Source of the DNA: an uncultured Actinomycetes bacterium
GTDB lineage: Bacteria > Actinomycetota > Acidimicrobiia > Acidimicrobiales > CAVTQP01
Direction of reading: 5' to 3'
DNA: 64,000 nt
Assembly (NCBI GenBank): GCA_963736925.1
Contig: CAVTQP010000003.1
Coordinates: 586,868-650,867 of the forward strand
How positions within the stretch are numbered: position 1 is the first letter of the stretch; the number at the start of each line of letters is the position of its first letter. The position numbers and the translations under genes were made by a program. This document shows positions 38,017 to 48,670 of this stretch, piece after piece. Below the pieces are notes generated by a model. The model worked only from the letters and a program-made list of their open reading frames with translations, did not search any database and had not been told where the DNA came from.

Positions 38017-38765
38017 TGCTCTGACTCGTTGGTCTGCGCCTCGATGGCTTTTGCGGGTGGGGTCGCGCCGCTGCCCACCTCTCCCTTGATGCGTGCGAGC
38101 TCGGCCTCGACGGACGAAGAGGCCGAGCCCTTGTTCAGCTCTGCTTGGATGTCGTCACTCCCCTGCGTCACGTCCTCGAGGGCTCCGGAGGTCACCAGCT
38201 CGTCGACGGCTCCGGCCCGTGCCTGCATCTGGGCCACCTTGTCCTGGGCCCGCTGCATGGCCATCCCGACGTCACCCATCTCCTCCGAGATGCCCGACAC
38301 GGCCTCGCCGATCTTGGTCTGGGCCTCGGCGGCGGTGTAGGTGGCCTTGATGGTCTCCTTCTGGGTCCGGAACGAGTCGACCTTGGCCTGCAGTCGCTGA
38401 GACGACTCGACCAGCTTGGCTTGCTGGTCCTCCAGCTGCTCGTGCTGGGTTGTGAGCGACTGGAGCTGCGTGGCGATGTTGGCGCGGCGCGTGAGCGCCT
38501 CGGTTGCCAGGTCCTCGCGGCCCTGGGTGACCGCTTGGCGAGCCTGGTCCTCCAGCTTGGCTGCCGAGGTCTGCAGCTGGGTGGCCTGCAGCTCCAGGCG
38601 CTTCTTAGATGTGGCGACATCTGCCACCCCGCGGCGGACCTTCTGCAGCATCTCCAGCTGCTTCTCGTAGGACAGGTCGAGGGTCTCGCGTGGATCCTCG
38701 GCCTTGTCGAGAAGCTTGTTGGCCTTGGCCTGGAAAATGCCCGAAAGCCGCTTCATCACCGACAT
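38013..38765 (-). CDS. pspA: PspA/IM30 family protein (phage shock protein A)
   Basis: MSVMKRLSGIFQAKANKLLDKAEDPRETLDLSYEKQLEMLQKVRRGVADV... long coiled coil. GGAGGAAGG RBS upstream. Confidence 0.92.
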   Translation of the reverse strand: MSVMKRLSGIFQAKANKLLDKAEDPRETLDLSYEKQLEMLQKVRRGVADVATSKKRLELQATQLQTSAAKLEDQARQAVTQGREDLATEALTRRANIATQLQSLTTQHEQLEDQQAKLVESSQRLQAKVDSFRTQKETIKATYTAAEAQTKIGEAVSGISEEMGDVGMAMQRAQDKVAQMQARAGAVDELVTSGALEDVTQGSDDIQAELNKGSASSSVEAELARIKGEVGSGATPPAKAIEAQTNESEQ

Positions 38766-38965
38766 TGGCCCTTCCTCCGCCTACCGGCCCGGGACCCGTC
38801 TGCGGTCCCTCCGCAGGGGCCCGTTCCGCTGGCGGACACGAGCTTAGGTGCTTGGCTAGAAGCGTGAGCCGCGGCTGGTGGGAGGTGGGGTCCTTGCCTT
38901 CGCGTGGCTGATCTGCCACGGCGGCTACGGCCGAACCGGCCACCGCCGAACGCTAGGTTGGGTGG

Positions 38966-39850
38966 ATGGACGAACGCCTCTGTCTCCTGTGCGTCCACGC
39001 CCACCCTGACGACGAGTCGTCGAAGGGTTCGGGCACGGTCGCCCGCTACCACCACGAGGGCGTCCACACGGTCCTTGTCTGCTGCACGGGCGGGGAGGAG
39101 GGCGACATCCTTAACCCGGCCATGGAGCGTCCCGACATCCGGGAGAACCTCCCCGAGGTCCGCTTGAAGGAGTTGAGGCGTGCCACCGAGATCATCGGGT
39201 ACGACGAGGTGGTCATGCTCGGCTACCGCGACTCCGGGATGCCTGGGACGCCGAGCAACGAGGACCCGAGGAGTTTCGCGGCCGCCCCACTGGAGGAGTC
39301 GGCGGCGCGGCTGGTCGAGGTCATTCGCCGGAACCGGCCCCAGGTGATCATCACCTACTCGGACGACCAGCAGGGGTACCCCCACCCGGACCACTTGCGG
39401 GTGCACGACGTCAGCGTGGCGGCCTTCGACGCCGCCGGAGACCCCGAGGCGTTCCCGTCGGCGGGACAGCCTTGGCAACCGCTGAAGCTGTACTACAGCG
39501 TTTGGTCCTCCCGGCGCATCAGGGCGATGCACGAGAAGTTCCTGGAGCTCGGTCTCGAGTCGCCTTTCCCCAAGGAGTGGCTCGAACGGCCCTCCAACGA
39601 CGACATGATCACAACCGAGATCGACATCGCCGGCCACGCCGACGTCCGCACCCAGGCTCTGTTGGCCCACGAGACGCAGGTGGACCCCACGTCGAGGTTC
39701 TGGTTCGGCCTCCCACCCGAGGTATCCCGCGAGGTGCACCCCTTCGAGGACTACGCCCTTGCCCGCAGCCTGGTGGACGGCGCCGTCCCCGAGGAAGACC
39801 TCTTCGCGGGTGTGCGCGAGCCGGCAAGCGGTGAGCGGGTCAGCCGGTAG
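38966..39850 (+). CDS. mca: Mycothiol conjugate amidase
   Basis: VHAHPDDESSKGSGTVARY...CCTGGEEGDILNPAM...GYPHPDHLRVHDVSVAAFDAAGD is closely colinear with mycobacterial Mca (LmbE fold). Confidence 0.85.
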   Translation: MDERLCLLCVHAHPDDESSKGSGTVARYHHEGVHTVLVCCTGGEEGDILNPAMERPDIRENLPEVRLKELRRATEIIGYDEVVMLGYRDSGMPGTPSNEDPRSFAAAPLEESAARLVEVIRRNRPQVIITYSDDQQGYPHPDHLRVHDVSVAAFDAAGDPEAFPSAGQPWQPLKLYYSVWSSRRIRAMHEKFLELGLESPFPKEWLERPSNDDMITTEIDIAGHADVRTQALLAHETQVDPTSRFWFGLPPEVSREVHPFEDYALARSLVDGAVPEEDLFAGVREPASGERVSR

Positions 39851-39907
39851 CATTCGACGGCGGTCCGTAACACGCCAGACTTTGCAGACGACAGGGGGAT
39901 CTTGAAC

Positions 39908-40294
39908 ATGTCCAAGTGGCTAAGCCAGGAGTGGCTGGACGAGACCAAGAAGATGGCTGAGAGCCAGCCAGAGCGACCAGGAGCCTCGGCGACCATGCAG
40001 TACGTGGTGACTGGGGGTCCCGACGGGGACATCCACTACTACTGGGTGCTCGATAACGGGAAGTTGAAGGAGAGCAAGCTCGGGGACCACTCAGATCCGG
40101 AGGTGACCCTGACCCAGACCTACGACGACGCGATGAAGATCCAGAAGGGTGAGCTGGACGCCAACGCCGCTTTCATGCAGGGCCGGGTGAAGGTGACCGG
40201 CAACATGGCGAAGCTGATGTCGCTGCTGCCGTTGACCAACGCTCCCGAGTACAAACAGCTCCAGGCCGAGATAGCCGCCGTCACCGAGTACTAG
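39908..40294 (+). CDS. SCP2 sterol-binding domain protein
   Basis: GELDANAAFMQGRVKVTGNMAKLMSLLPL C-terminal SCP2 signature. Confidence 0.8.
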   Translation: MSKWLSQEWLDETKKMAESQPERPGASATMQYVVTGGPDGDIHYYWVLDNGKLKESKLGDHSDPEVTLTQTYDDAMKIQKGELDANAAFMQGRVKVTGNMAKLMSLLPLTNAPEYKQLQAEIAAVTEY

Positions 40295-40297
40295 GCG

Positions 40298-41143
40298 CTA
40301 GCGCATGAGAGCCCGGAGCTCTCGGTAACCGATGACCATGACACCGGCACGTTCGGCCAGCGCTGGCAGTGAGTGGTCGTTCATGATCAGGTCGTGGTCG
40401 TCCACCCGGTTGGCCCACTCAGGAGAGAACGCCCTCAGCTCAGAGGTGTCCACCGCGGGGTGGACATAGAACTCGGTCACTCCGGGTTTCAGATCACCGA
40501 GGGCCTTCTCGATCACCGGTCTACTGCCGACTCCCGGGACGACGAGGAGGTGATCGGGGAACACGGCACCCTCCTCTGCGGCAAGGCTGCGAAACGGAAA
40601 GCCGATGGTCCGCTCGCTCGACGCTCCCGACAAGCGAAGCGGCAGTCGGAACTCGATCGCCAGCTCCAGGTAGACGTCGAAGAACTCGGGACGAAACTGG
40701 AGCGTTCCCATGTGAGAGTCCAGGTGGCTGACGTCGAAGCCCCAGTAGATCGCCCGCTCGATCTGGGCACGGCACTCCCGCCTGGCCTCGTCCAGGTCGG
40801 CATGATCCCAGAGGTCTTGGATTGTTCGCGGAAAGCCCCCGTCGCCGTCGAGGAGTGACGGTGCATGGGTGATAGGGCCCCATCGGTACAGGTCGTACTC
40901 GGCGTTGAGGGTCAGGTGGACGCCGACGTCCTCACCCCGGTAGCGGGCGGCTGCCTCACGGGCCCACGGTGCGGGCACCATGAGACTGGCGCTGGTGGCC
41001 CAGCCCGACCGTAAGCACTCGTACACCCCGACGTTCGCGGCATGGCTGGAGCCGAGGTCGTCGCAGTTTATGATCAGGAGCTTGTCTTGGGGGGAGTGAC
41101 CCAATCGCTCCGCCAGGGTCGCTCCCTCGCTTCCAGTTGCCAT
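40298..41143 (-). CDS. ChbG/HpnK (YdjC) family carbohydrate deacetylase
   Basis: KLLIINCDDLGSSHAANVG...HLDSHMG motifs. Confidence 0.85.
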   Translation of the reverse strand: MATGSEGATLAERLGHSPQDKLLIINCDDLGSSHAANVGVYECLRSGWATSASLMVPAPWAREAAARYRGEDVGVHLTLNAEYDLYRWGPITHAPSLLDGDGGFPRTIQDLWDHADLDEARRECRAQIERAIYWGFDVSHLDSHMGTLQFRPEFFDVYLELAIEFRLPLRLSGASSERTIGFPFRSLAAEEGAVFPDHLLVVPGVGSRPVIEKALGDLKPGVTEFYVHPAVDTSELRAFSPEWANRVDDHDLIMNDHSLPALAERAGVMVIGYRELRALMR

Positions 41144-41182
41144 GTCTCAGCCGCCCCTACCCGGTCGCCCCTACCCGCCCCT

Positions 41183-42374
<1,192 letters not shown>

Positions 42375-42438
42375 TTACCGGGGACGGTTCGGGTAGGGCC
42401 GGGGATGTCCCCGGCCGCGGGGCGTTTCGAGGATGGGA

Positions 42439-42591
42439 TCAAGCGGCCGGGCGCTGGGCGGAGTCCTTGTGGGGGACTGCGCAGAGGACTGCCCGAGCCT
42501 CCGCAACGCCCTTCAGCCCACGCTGGCGGGTGCCCTCGTCCAGCTGCCAGTCGCTTCTGCCGTCTTCGAGGAGAGCCAGTTGCGTTTCCAT
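42439..42591 (-). CDS. Candidate 50-aa small ORF (METQLALLEDGRSDWQLDEGTRQRGLKGVAEARAVL...)
   Basis: Below the track's length cut-off and found by eye. ATG at 42591, TGA at 42439-42441, mostly G/C at codon third positions. The motif resembles small actinobacterial ORFs I have seen, but that is from memory. Confidence 0.3.
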   Translation of the reverse strand: METQLALLEDGRSDWQLDEGTRQRGLKGVAEARAVLCAVPHKDSAQRPAA

Positions 42592-42643
42592 GGCTCCATC
42601 ATGGCGGTGGGGTGTGACGCTATCCCTCGCTTAGAGTGCGCCA

Positions 42644-43672
42644 ATGCCCCGTCACGGAATCACGGTCCCCTTCGACAACGTGCCGCTGCACCGGCACGAG
42701 GAATGGTTCAGGGAGCTCGTCGACCTCGGCTACACAGACGTCTGGTCGAGTGAGGCCAGCGGCACCGACGGGTTCATCCCGCTGGCGCTGGCCGCGGCTT
42801 GGGCTCCGGAGCTCCGCCTGGGCACGGCGATAATCCCCGCGTTCACGAGGGGGCCGGGGCTGATGGCCATGACCGTGGCGGCCATGGCCGAGGCCGCCCC
42901 CGGGAGGTTCGCTCTGGGGATCGGGACCTCGTCTGACGTCATCGTCGAGCGGTGGAACGACATCGCCTTCGACGAGCCTTTCAGGCGGACACGCGACACG
43001 ATCAGGTTCCTGCGTGACTCGCTTACGGGATCCAGGGTCGACAGGGAGTACGAGACCTTTCGGGTCAGAGGGTTCAGGATCGGCAGGCCGCTGTCGGAGC
43101 CGCCTCCCATTCTCGTCGGAGCGCTGCGTCCGGGCATGCTCCGGCTGGCCGGCCGCGAGGCCGATGGGGCGATCATCAACTGGTTGTCGGCTGAAGACGT
43201 GGCGAAGGTGCTGCCGGAGGTCGTGGCCGGCGCCGGCGGGGGCGACCGCGGCGGAGGAAAGCGGGGCGGGGAGGGCGATAGGGGTGGGGCCGACAAACGC
43301 AAGGAGATCGTGGCGCGGATCTTCGTGTGCCCTTCCACGGACACGGCGGCGGTCCGGGCCATGGGTCGCTTTGCCATTTCGGCTTATCTCAACGTCCCTG
43401 TCTATGCCGCGTTTCATGAATGGCTGGGACGCGGGCCCGTGTTGGGGGGGATGTGGGAGGCCTGGAAGGCGGGAGATCGAAAGGCCGCAACAGCGGCCAT
43501 ACCCGACGAGGTGGTCGACGACTTGATTGTGCACGGCTCCCCCGAGGAGTGCAGGGCACACGTGCAGCGCTACGTGGACAACGGGGTCACCACGACCGCT
43601 CTGGCGCCGATGGCCCTCGGCAGTGCCGACATCAGGCAGGCCGTGAGGGACTTGTCGCCATTGGCAGGGTGA
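42644..43672 (+). CDS. LLM-class F420-dependent oxidoreductase
   Basis: GYTDVWSSEASGTDGFIPLALAAAWAPELRLGTAIIPAFTRGP...FALGIGTSS is typical of the luciferase-like family. Confidence 0.82.
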   Translation: MPRHGITVPFDNVPLHRHEEWFRELVDLGYTDVWSSEASGTDGFIPLALAAAWAPELRLGTAIIPAFTRGPGLMAMTVAAMAEAAPGRFALGIGTSSDVIVERWNDIAFDEPFRRTRDTIRFLRDSLTGSRVDREYETFRVRGFRIGRPLSEPPPILVGALRPGMLRLAGREADGAIINWLSAEDVAKVLPEVVAGAGGGDRGGGKRGGEGDRGGADKRKEIVARIFVCPSTDTAAVRAMGRFAISAYLNVPVYAAFHEWLGRGPVLGGMWEAWKAGDRKAATAAIPDEVVDDLIVHGSPEECRAHVQRYVDNGVTTTALAPMALGSADIRQAVRDLSPLAG

Positions 43673-43705
43673 GCCGGCGGCGCTTGTCGCCAGCGGCGAT
43701 CTGAG

Positions 43706-44518
43706 GTGGGACAATTTCCCATGCCCCCTTTCACCTTGGTGGCAGACGCAAACGTCGGTGGCATAGTTGCCGGGTCGGTGATCGGGGCGATCGTGATCTT
43801 CCTGATCGTGCTCAGAGCGCTGTTGATCGTCGTCACGGAATACGAGCGGGCCGTGTTCTTCCGGCTCGGCCGCATAAGGGACACGGCCAAGGGTCCGGGC
43901 ATGATCAGCCGTGTGCCGGGCGTCGACCGGGTCGTGAAGGTCAACTTGCGGGTCGAGGTGGTCGACATCCCGCCCCAGTCGGTGATCACGTCTGACAACG
44001 TCACCGTCCAGGTAGACGCCGTCGTGTACTTCCAGGTCATAGATCCGGTGCGGGCCGTGGTGGGGGTGGACAACTTCCGATTCGCCAGCCAGCGGGTGGC
44101 CATGACCAGCTTGCGGTCGATCATCGGCCGGTTCCAGCTGGACGATCTCCTCGCCCACCGGGCCACTGTGAACAACGAGCTCCGGGCCACCATTGCCGCT
44201 TCCACGGAGAGTTGGGGTGTCGAGGTGAGACAGGTAGAGGTGCGGGACATCACCCTTCCGCCGGAACTCTTGCGGGCCATGGCCCGTCAAGCGGAGGCTG
44301 AAAGGGAGCGCCGAGCCAAGGTCATTGCCGCGACCGGCGAGCTGGAGGCCAGCAAGGAGCTTGCCGAGGCCGCAGACAAGCTGACCGGCAGCCCGGGCGC
44401 CCTTCAGCTGAGGACCCTGCAGACCCTGGCGGAGGTCTCGACCGAGCGGAACTCGACCTTGATCTTTCCCGTACCGGTCGAGCTGTTGAACATGTTCCAG
44501 AGATCTCCGGACCGCTGA
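43706..44518 (+). CDS. SPFH/Band 7 (stomatin-like, slipin) membrane protein
   Basis: N-terminal TM, then VTEYERAVFFRLGR...VDIPPQSVITSDNVTVQVDAVVYFQV...ARQAEAERERRAKVI. Confidence 0.9.
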   Translation: MGQFPMPPFTLVADANVGGIVAGSVIGAIVIFLIVLRALLIVVTEYERAVFFRLGRIRDTAKGPGMISRVPGVDRVVKVNLRVEVVDIPPQSVITSDNVTVQVDAVVYFQVIDPVRAVVGVDNFRFASQRVAMTSLRSIIGRFQLDDLLAHRATVNNELRATIAASTESWGVEVRQVEVRDITLPPELLRAMARQAEAERERRAKVIAATGELEASKELAEAADKLTGSPGALQLRTLQTLAEVSTERNSTLIFPVPVELLNMFQRSPDR

Positions 44519-44595
44519 CCGATCTTCGGAGTCACGACCTTCGACCTGTCGGCGCGGCGCTTGCCTGTTTTGGCGCCTTCTGGGGGAGCTGGGCC

Positions 44596-45663
44596 GTGGC
44601 GGCGCTCGACGTGGAGAGGTTCCTCAGGTTTTCGCCGGCAGGGCTAGGCCTGCTTCTCTCGGTCGGAATAATGGGAGCAGCAGCCGCGAACGTTCTGGGT
44701 GGCTCCTTTAGCGAGCGTTGGGGTACCCGGTCGGTGCAGGCTTGGACGCTGGTCGCCTGGGGTGCCTTGCTCGTGGCGACGGCCGCGAGCGACCAGAAGG
44801 CTGCGTTCGTCGTTTTGTTCGTCGGCGCGGTCTCGGTCGGTGGTGTGCTCGACGTCGTTATCAACGTGGCCGCGACGGCCGGGCTGGGTCGGCGCCCGGG
44901 ACGGCTGTTGCGCTTTCACGGGTTGTTCAACGGCGGCGCGGTGCTGGGGGCAGCAGTCACGGCGGCTCTCCACGGAGGCGGTATCTCCTGGCGATGGCTG
45001 TGGGCGGCGGTCGGCCTTCTCGCTATAGGGGCGGCCCTTCTCACGGCGAAGGCTCACCTTCCCGCAGGCTCCCGAGGGCAGCGAGGCTCGCTTTGGTCGT
45101 CCGTCGTCTCATTGAGGGGCGGCCTGATCGTTCTGGCGGTTCTCGTCGGGTTGGGAGCCGTGGTCGAGGGGGGCCTCGACACGTGGGGCGTGCTCTACTT
45201 ACGCTCCCAGCTGGCATCGGGCGTCTTGGTGGGGTCCCTCGGATACGTGATCGGCCAGAGCCTCGCGACGGCCAGCCGGGTCGGGTTGGGCCCATCGATC
45301 GGCGCCGTGGGCGCCCGGCGGGGCGTTTCGCTGGGGGCCGGCGTCGCCGCCGGAGGATTGGTGCTCGAGGTGTGGTCCCCGGAGGCGGCGCTCGCCGGCG
45401 TCGGCCTGGCCATGGCAGTGGTGGGGATTGCGGCCTGCTGGCCTCTGCTGATGGCCGAGGCCGGCGGTGGCCTGGAGCGCCCGGGGGCCGTCGTGGGAGG
45501 GGTTACCACGGTCGGTTACCTGGGTCTCTTGATCGGGCCGCTCGTGGTGGGAGGGGTGTCAAGCGCGCTGGGGCTGGGAGCCGGTCTGATCACGCTCGCC
45601 ATCGCCGCCGCGGCGGTGTCACTTGCCATGGCGGGCAGATCGAATGTGCCCAGGGGCGGGTAG
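44596..45663 (+). CDS. MFS transporter (5' end doubtful)
   Basis: About 10 TM helices with a motif-A-like GGSFSERWGTR. The first canonical start (GTG 44596) falls inside what looks like TM1, which continues in frame upstream (LACFGAFWGSWAVAAL). Confidence 0.7.
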   Translation: MAALDVERFLRFSPAGLGLLLSVGIMGAAAANVLGGSFSERWGTRSVQAWTLVAWGALLVATAASDQKAAFVVLFVGAVSVGGVLDVVINVAATAGLGRRPGRLLRFHGLFNGGAVLGAAVTAALHGGGISWRWLWAAVGLLAIGAALLTAKAHLPAGSRGQRGSLWSSVVSLRGGLIVLAVLVGLGAVVEGGLDTWGVLYLRSQLASGVLVGSLGYVIGQSLATASRVGLGPSIGAVGARRGVSLGAGVAAGGLVLEVWSPEAALAGVGLAMAVVGIAACWPLLMAEAGGGLERPGAVVGGVTTVGYLGLLIGPLVVGGVSSALGLGAGLITLAIAAAAVSLAMAGRSNVPRGG

Positions 45664-45674
45664 TGGTCGGTAAG

Positions 45675-46967
45675 TCAGACAGGCGGTGGGGGCAGGGGAG
45701 GCGGCGGTCCCAGCTCCCCCAGCTGGGACGTGTCGCGGGGGAAGAACAGCCCGATCGTCCAGTCGCTCACCACTCTGGCGCGCCGCGCCCCTCCGGGCAT
45801 CATCAGGAGGTGGTACGACCGCCCCATCCACCAGGCGATGAACCCAGTGAAGGTGAGTCTGTACACCTGCGCGGTCCCCTTGCTGTTGCCGAGAGTCACG
45901 GCGAGGCCCCGGTTGCGATATCGGAAAGGAGCCGCTTCGCCAAGTCCCAAGGCAGCCGCTACGTTCCTTCCGCACCGGATCCCTTGGCGCATCGCGTGTT
46001 GCGCGGTCGGCGGGCAAAATCCCCCTCCGCGGTCGGGCACCGCCGCACCGTCCCCCACCGCGTAGACGTCCGGATGGTCGGGGACGCGCAGGTACGCGTC
46101 TACCTCCACACGCCCGTGCTCGTCGATCGGAAAGCCGGCGTCAGCGAGCAACGGGTTCGGTCGTTGCCCGGTGGTCCAGACGGTCGTGCTGCACTCGTAT
46201 GTCCCCACCGAGGGATCGTCCAGGGTCACCTTGCCCGATGCACAGCTCACGAGCCTGGTGGACAGGTGGATCTCCACCCCTCGGCGACGCAGTTGGCGCT
46301 CGGTGTACATGGCCAGCCGCTTGTTCAATCCGGGAAGCAGCGAGTCAGCGGCCTCCACGAGCACCCATCGCAGGTCTTCGGCCTTCACCCGCTGGTACTG
46401 GTTGACCGCAGCCCGGGCCAGCGACTCCAGCTCGGCCAACCCCTCTACTCCTGCGTAGCCCCCGCCGACGAAGGTGAACGTGAGCAGGTGACGCCGCTCG
46501 GTCGGGTCGTGGGTGGTTTCGGCCGCCTCTAGTTGGCGCAGGACCCGATTTCGGAGCCAGATGGCGTCGGCGAGGGTCTTGAAGCCCACCGCCTCCTCTC
46601 GCAAGCCCGGGATGTCGAGAGTGCTCGGCACCGATCCTGCAGACAGGATCAGCCGGCCGTACCGGATGGTGCTGCGCTGGCCCATCAAGTCGCGGACCGT
46701 GACGGTGTGGCCCCCCGGATCGACATCTTCGACGTGGCCTGTCTGCACCACGGTCGAAGCGAGCATCTCTCGCAACGGGATGACCGCATGACGGGGCTCC
46801 AGAGTGCCCGACGCGGCCTCGGGTAACACCGGTGCGAACAAGAAGAAGTTCTCGTCAGAGACAAGAAGGACCCTCGTGGGCCGCCCTCGGAGACTGCGCT
46901 CCAGGGAGCGGGCGGCGTAGGCGCCACCGAAGCCTCCGCCCACGATTACCACGTCGTATTCGATCAT
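45675..46967 (-). CDS. ndh: Type II NADH dehydrogenase (NDH-2)
   Basis: YDVVIVGGGFGGAYAARSL...FTFVGGGYAGVEG...VYAVGDGA dinucleotide-binding motifs. Confidence 0.85.
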   Translation of the reverse strand: MIEYDVVIVGGGFGGAYAARSLERSLRGRPTRVLLVSDENFFLFAPVLPEAASGTLEPRHAVIPLREMLASTVVQTGHVEDVDPGGHTVTVRDLMGQRSTIRYGRLILSAGSVPSTLDIPGLREEAVGFKTLADAIWLRNRVLRQLEAAETTHDPTERRHLLTFTFVGGGYAGVEGLAELESLARAAVNQYQRVKAEDLRWVLVEAADSLLPGLNKRLAMYTERQLRRRGVEIHLSTRLVSCASGKVTLDDPSVGTYECSTTVWTTGQRPNPLLADAGFPIDEHGRVEVDAYLRVPDHPDVYAVGDGAAVPDRGGGFCPPTAQHAMRQGIRCGRNVAAALGLGEAAPFRYRNRGLAVTLGNSKGTAQVYRLTFTGFIAWWMGRSYHLLMMPGGARRARVVSDWTIGLFFPRDTSQLGELGPPPPLPPPPV

Positions 46968-46982
46968 GTGCCTGCCACAAGG

Positions 46983-47789
46983 CTAGCTGTGTCGTGCGCC
47001 GATGCTCTGAAGCAGTTCGAGCGAGTAGTGGACACCGCCGGTCAGACCCCGGGGCTTCTGCGCCGCCAGATGTACAGCGGCCGATCCCATGGCTTCCGGC
47101 GGCTCGATCATGTCAGCGTCGACCTTTATCCCCGACGCTACCGCCCCCTCGGTCATGACGACCTTGCTTGGAGCCAGGCAATTGACTGCGATGTTGTGAG
47201 GGCGCAGCTCCGTGGCCAGACCGGTGTAGAGGCGCTCGACGCCGGACTTCGACACCCAGTACGCATTGGAGCCCAAGTGCTTCATGGCGACGCCGCTGGT
47301 GGTGATGGCTATCAAGGAGCCGGAGGCTCGTTTCTTCACTTGGGGGAGGACTGCTTTGGTCACGAGGAACACCCCCGTGAGGTTCACCCTCAAGCAAAGC
47401 TCCCATCGGGCGAGCGGAGTCTCGAGGACCGGCGCCAGCCACATCACTCCGGCATTGGCAACCAGGACGTCGATTCCGCCGAGCACCTTTACGGTTGAGG
47501 CGACCGCGCCGGCAACCGAGCCCTCATCGGTCACGTCACACAGGGCTGGGTGGGCAACCCCGCCTTCGGAGCGGATGTGCTCGGCCACCGAATAGACGGT
47601 GCCCGGCAACCTGCCCTCGCTGCCCGAGCGAGCCGCCACCGCGACGGCCGCCCCGGCTCGCGCGAGGGCCAGGGCGATGTCGCGCCCGATGCCTCGGCTG
47701 GCCCCCGCAACGAAGGCAACCTTGCCGTCGAGGCGGGGAGGTTCCGACGTCACGATTCCAGGCCCGCGATCACCTGGCGTGGGGGTCAC
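46983..47789 (-). CDS. SDR family oxidoreductase
   Basis: KVAFVAGASRGIGRDIALALA...YWVSKSGV. Confidence 0.85.
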   Translation of the reverse strand: MTPTPGDRGPGIVTSEPPRLDGKVAFVAGASRGIGRDIALALARAGAAVAVAARSGSEGRLPGTVYSVAEHIRSEGGVAHPALCDVTDEGSVAGAVASTVKVLGGIDVLVANAGVMWLAPVLETPLARWELCLRVNLTGVFLVTKAVLPQVKKRASGSLIAITTSGVAMKHLGSNAYWVSKSGVERLYTGLATELRPHNIAVNCLAPSKVVMTEGAVASGIKVDADMIEPPEAMGSAAVHLAAQKPRGLTGGVHYSLELLQSIGARHS

Positions 47790-47869
47790 CGCGGGCCGGG
47801 ACCGACCTGCGCCCGCGGCCCCGGCGGGGGGCTACCGGGGCCGGGGACACCTGGGGGGAACCGGGACTT

Positions 47870-48670
47870 CTAACTTCTTCCGCCTTTCAGCTCTCCCATC
47901 TTGTGGACCTGTCCGAGGGTGTCGTCCATGTACTCGGGGCCTTCGGCCGTGGGGATGAACCAGCCCGTCGGACACATCGTGAGGACCTCCACGCACGAGA
48001 ACCCTTCGCCTTGGAGCTGGGTCTCGAAGGCTCGATGGACCATCCTCTTGGTGCGCGCCACGGCCCCTGCACTGTGCACCGAGCCCCTTGCCACGTAGGC
48101 AGCCCCTTCTAGCTGTGCCAGGAGGTCGCCGATGCGAATGGGGTAGCCGTGATAGCCGGCATCCCTGCCGTCCAAGCTGTTCTTGGTTCGTTGCCCGATG
48201 ACGCTCGTCGCCGTCATGTGGCCTCCGGTCTCACCGAAGACGCCGTTGTTCAAAAGGACAGCCGTGACGTTCTCACCCCTCGCCGCGGTGTGGAGGATCT
48301 CTTGCAGGCCCTCGTTGACCATGTCCCCGTCTCCTTGCATGGTAAAGACGACGGCGTCGGGCAGCATCCGTTTCACGCCTGTTGCGAGGGACGGCGCCCG
48401 ACCGTGAAGGGCCTGGACCACGTCGACGTCGACGTTGGCAGAGAATCCCGTGTAACAACCGATGCCGGGGACTGCGATGGAGCGCTCCTGCAAGCCCATC
48501 TGGACCAAGGTCTCGAGAACTATGCGAAGGGCGAGCGGTTCCCCACAGCCGGGGCACATCCCGTGCTCCTCGCTGAGCAAGAGTGCAGGCTTGAGCTCAC
48601 CCACCTTGCGGGCTCCCTGAGGGGTCGAGCCCGTGTCGAGCACCTGCCGGGTTCCGGGTATATGCGTCAA
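47870..48670 (-). CDS. 2-oxoacid:ferredoxin oxidoreductase, beta (TPP-binding) subunit
   Basis: CPGCGEPLALR...FTMQGDGDMVNEG...LLNNGVFGETGGH. Confidence 0.88.
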   Translation of the reverse strand: MTHIPGTRQVLDTGSTPQGARKVGELKPALLLSEEHGMCPGCGEPLALRIVLETLVQMGLQERSIAVPGIGCYTGFSANVDVDVVQALHGRAPSLATGVKRMLPDAVVFTMQGDGDMVNEGLQEILHTAARGENVTAVLLNNGVFGETGGHMTATSVIGQRTKNSLDGRDAGYHGYPIRIGDLLAQLEGAAYVARGSVHSAGAVARTKRMVHRAFETQLQGEGFSCVEVLTMCPTGWFIPTAEGPEYMDDTLGQVHKMGELKGGRS

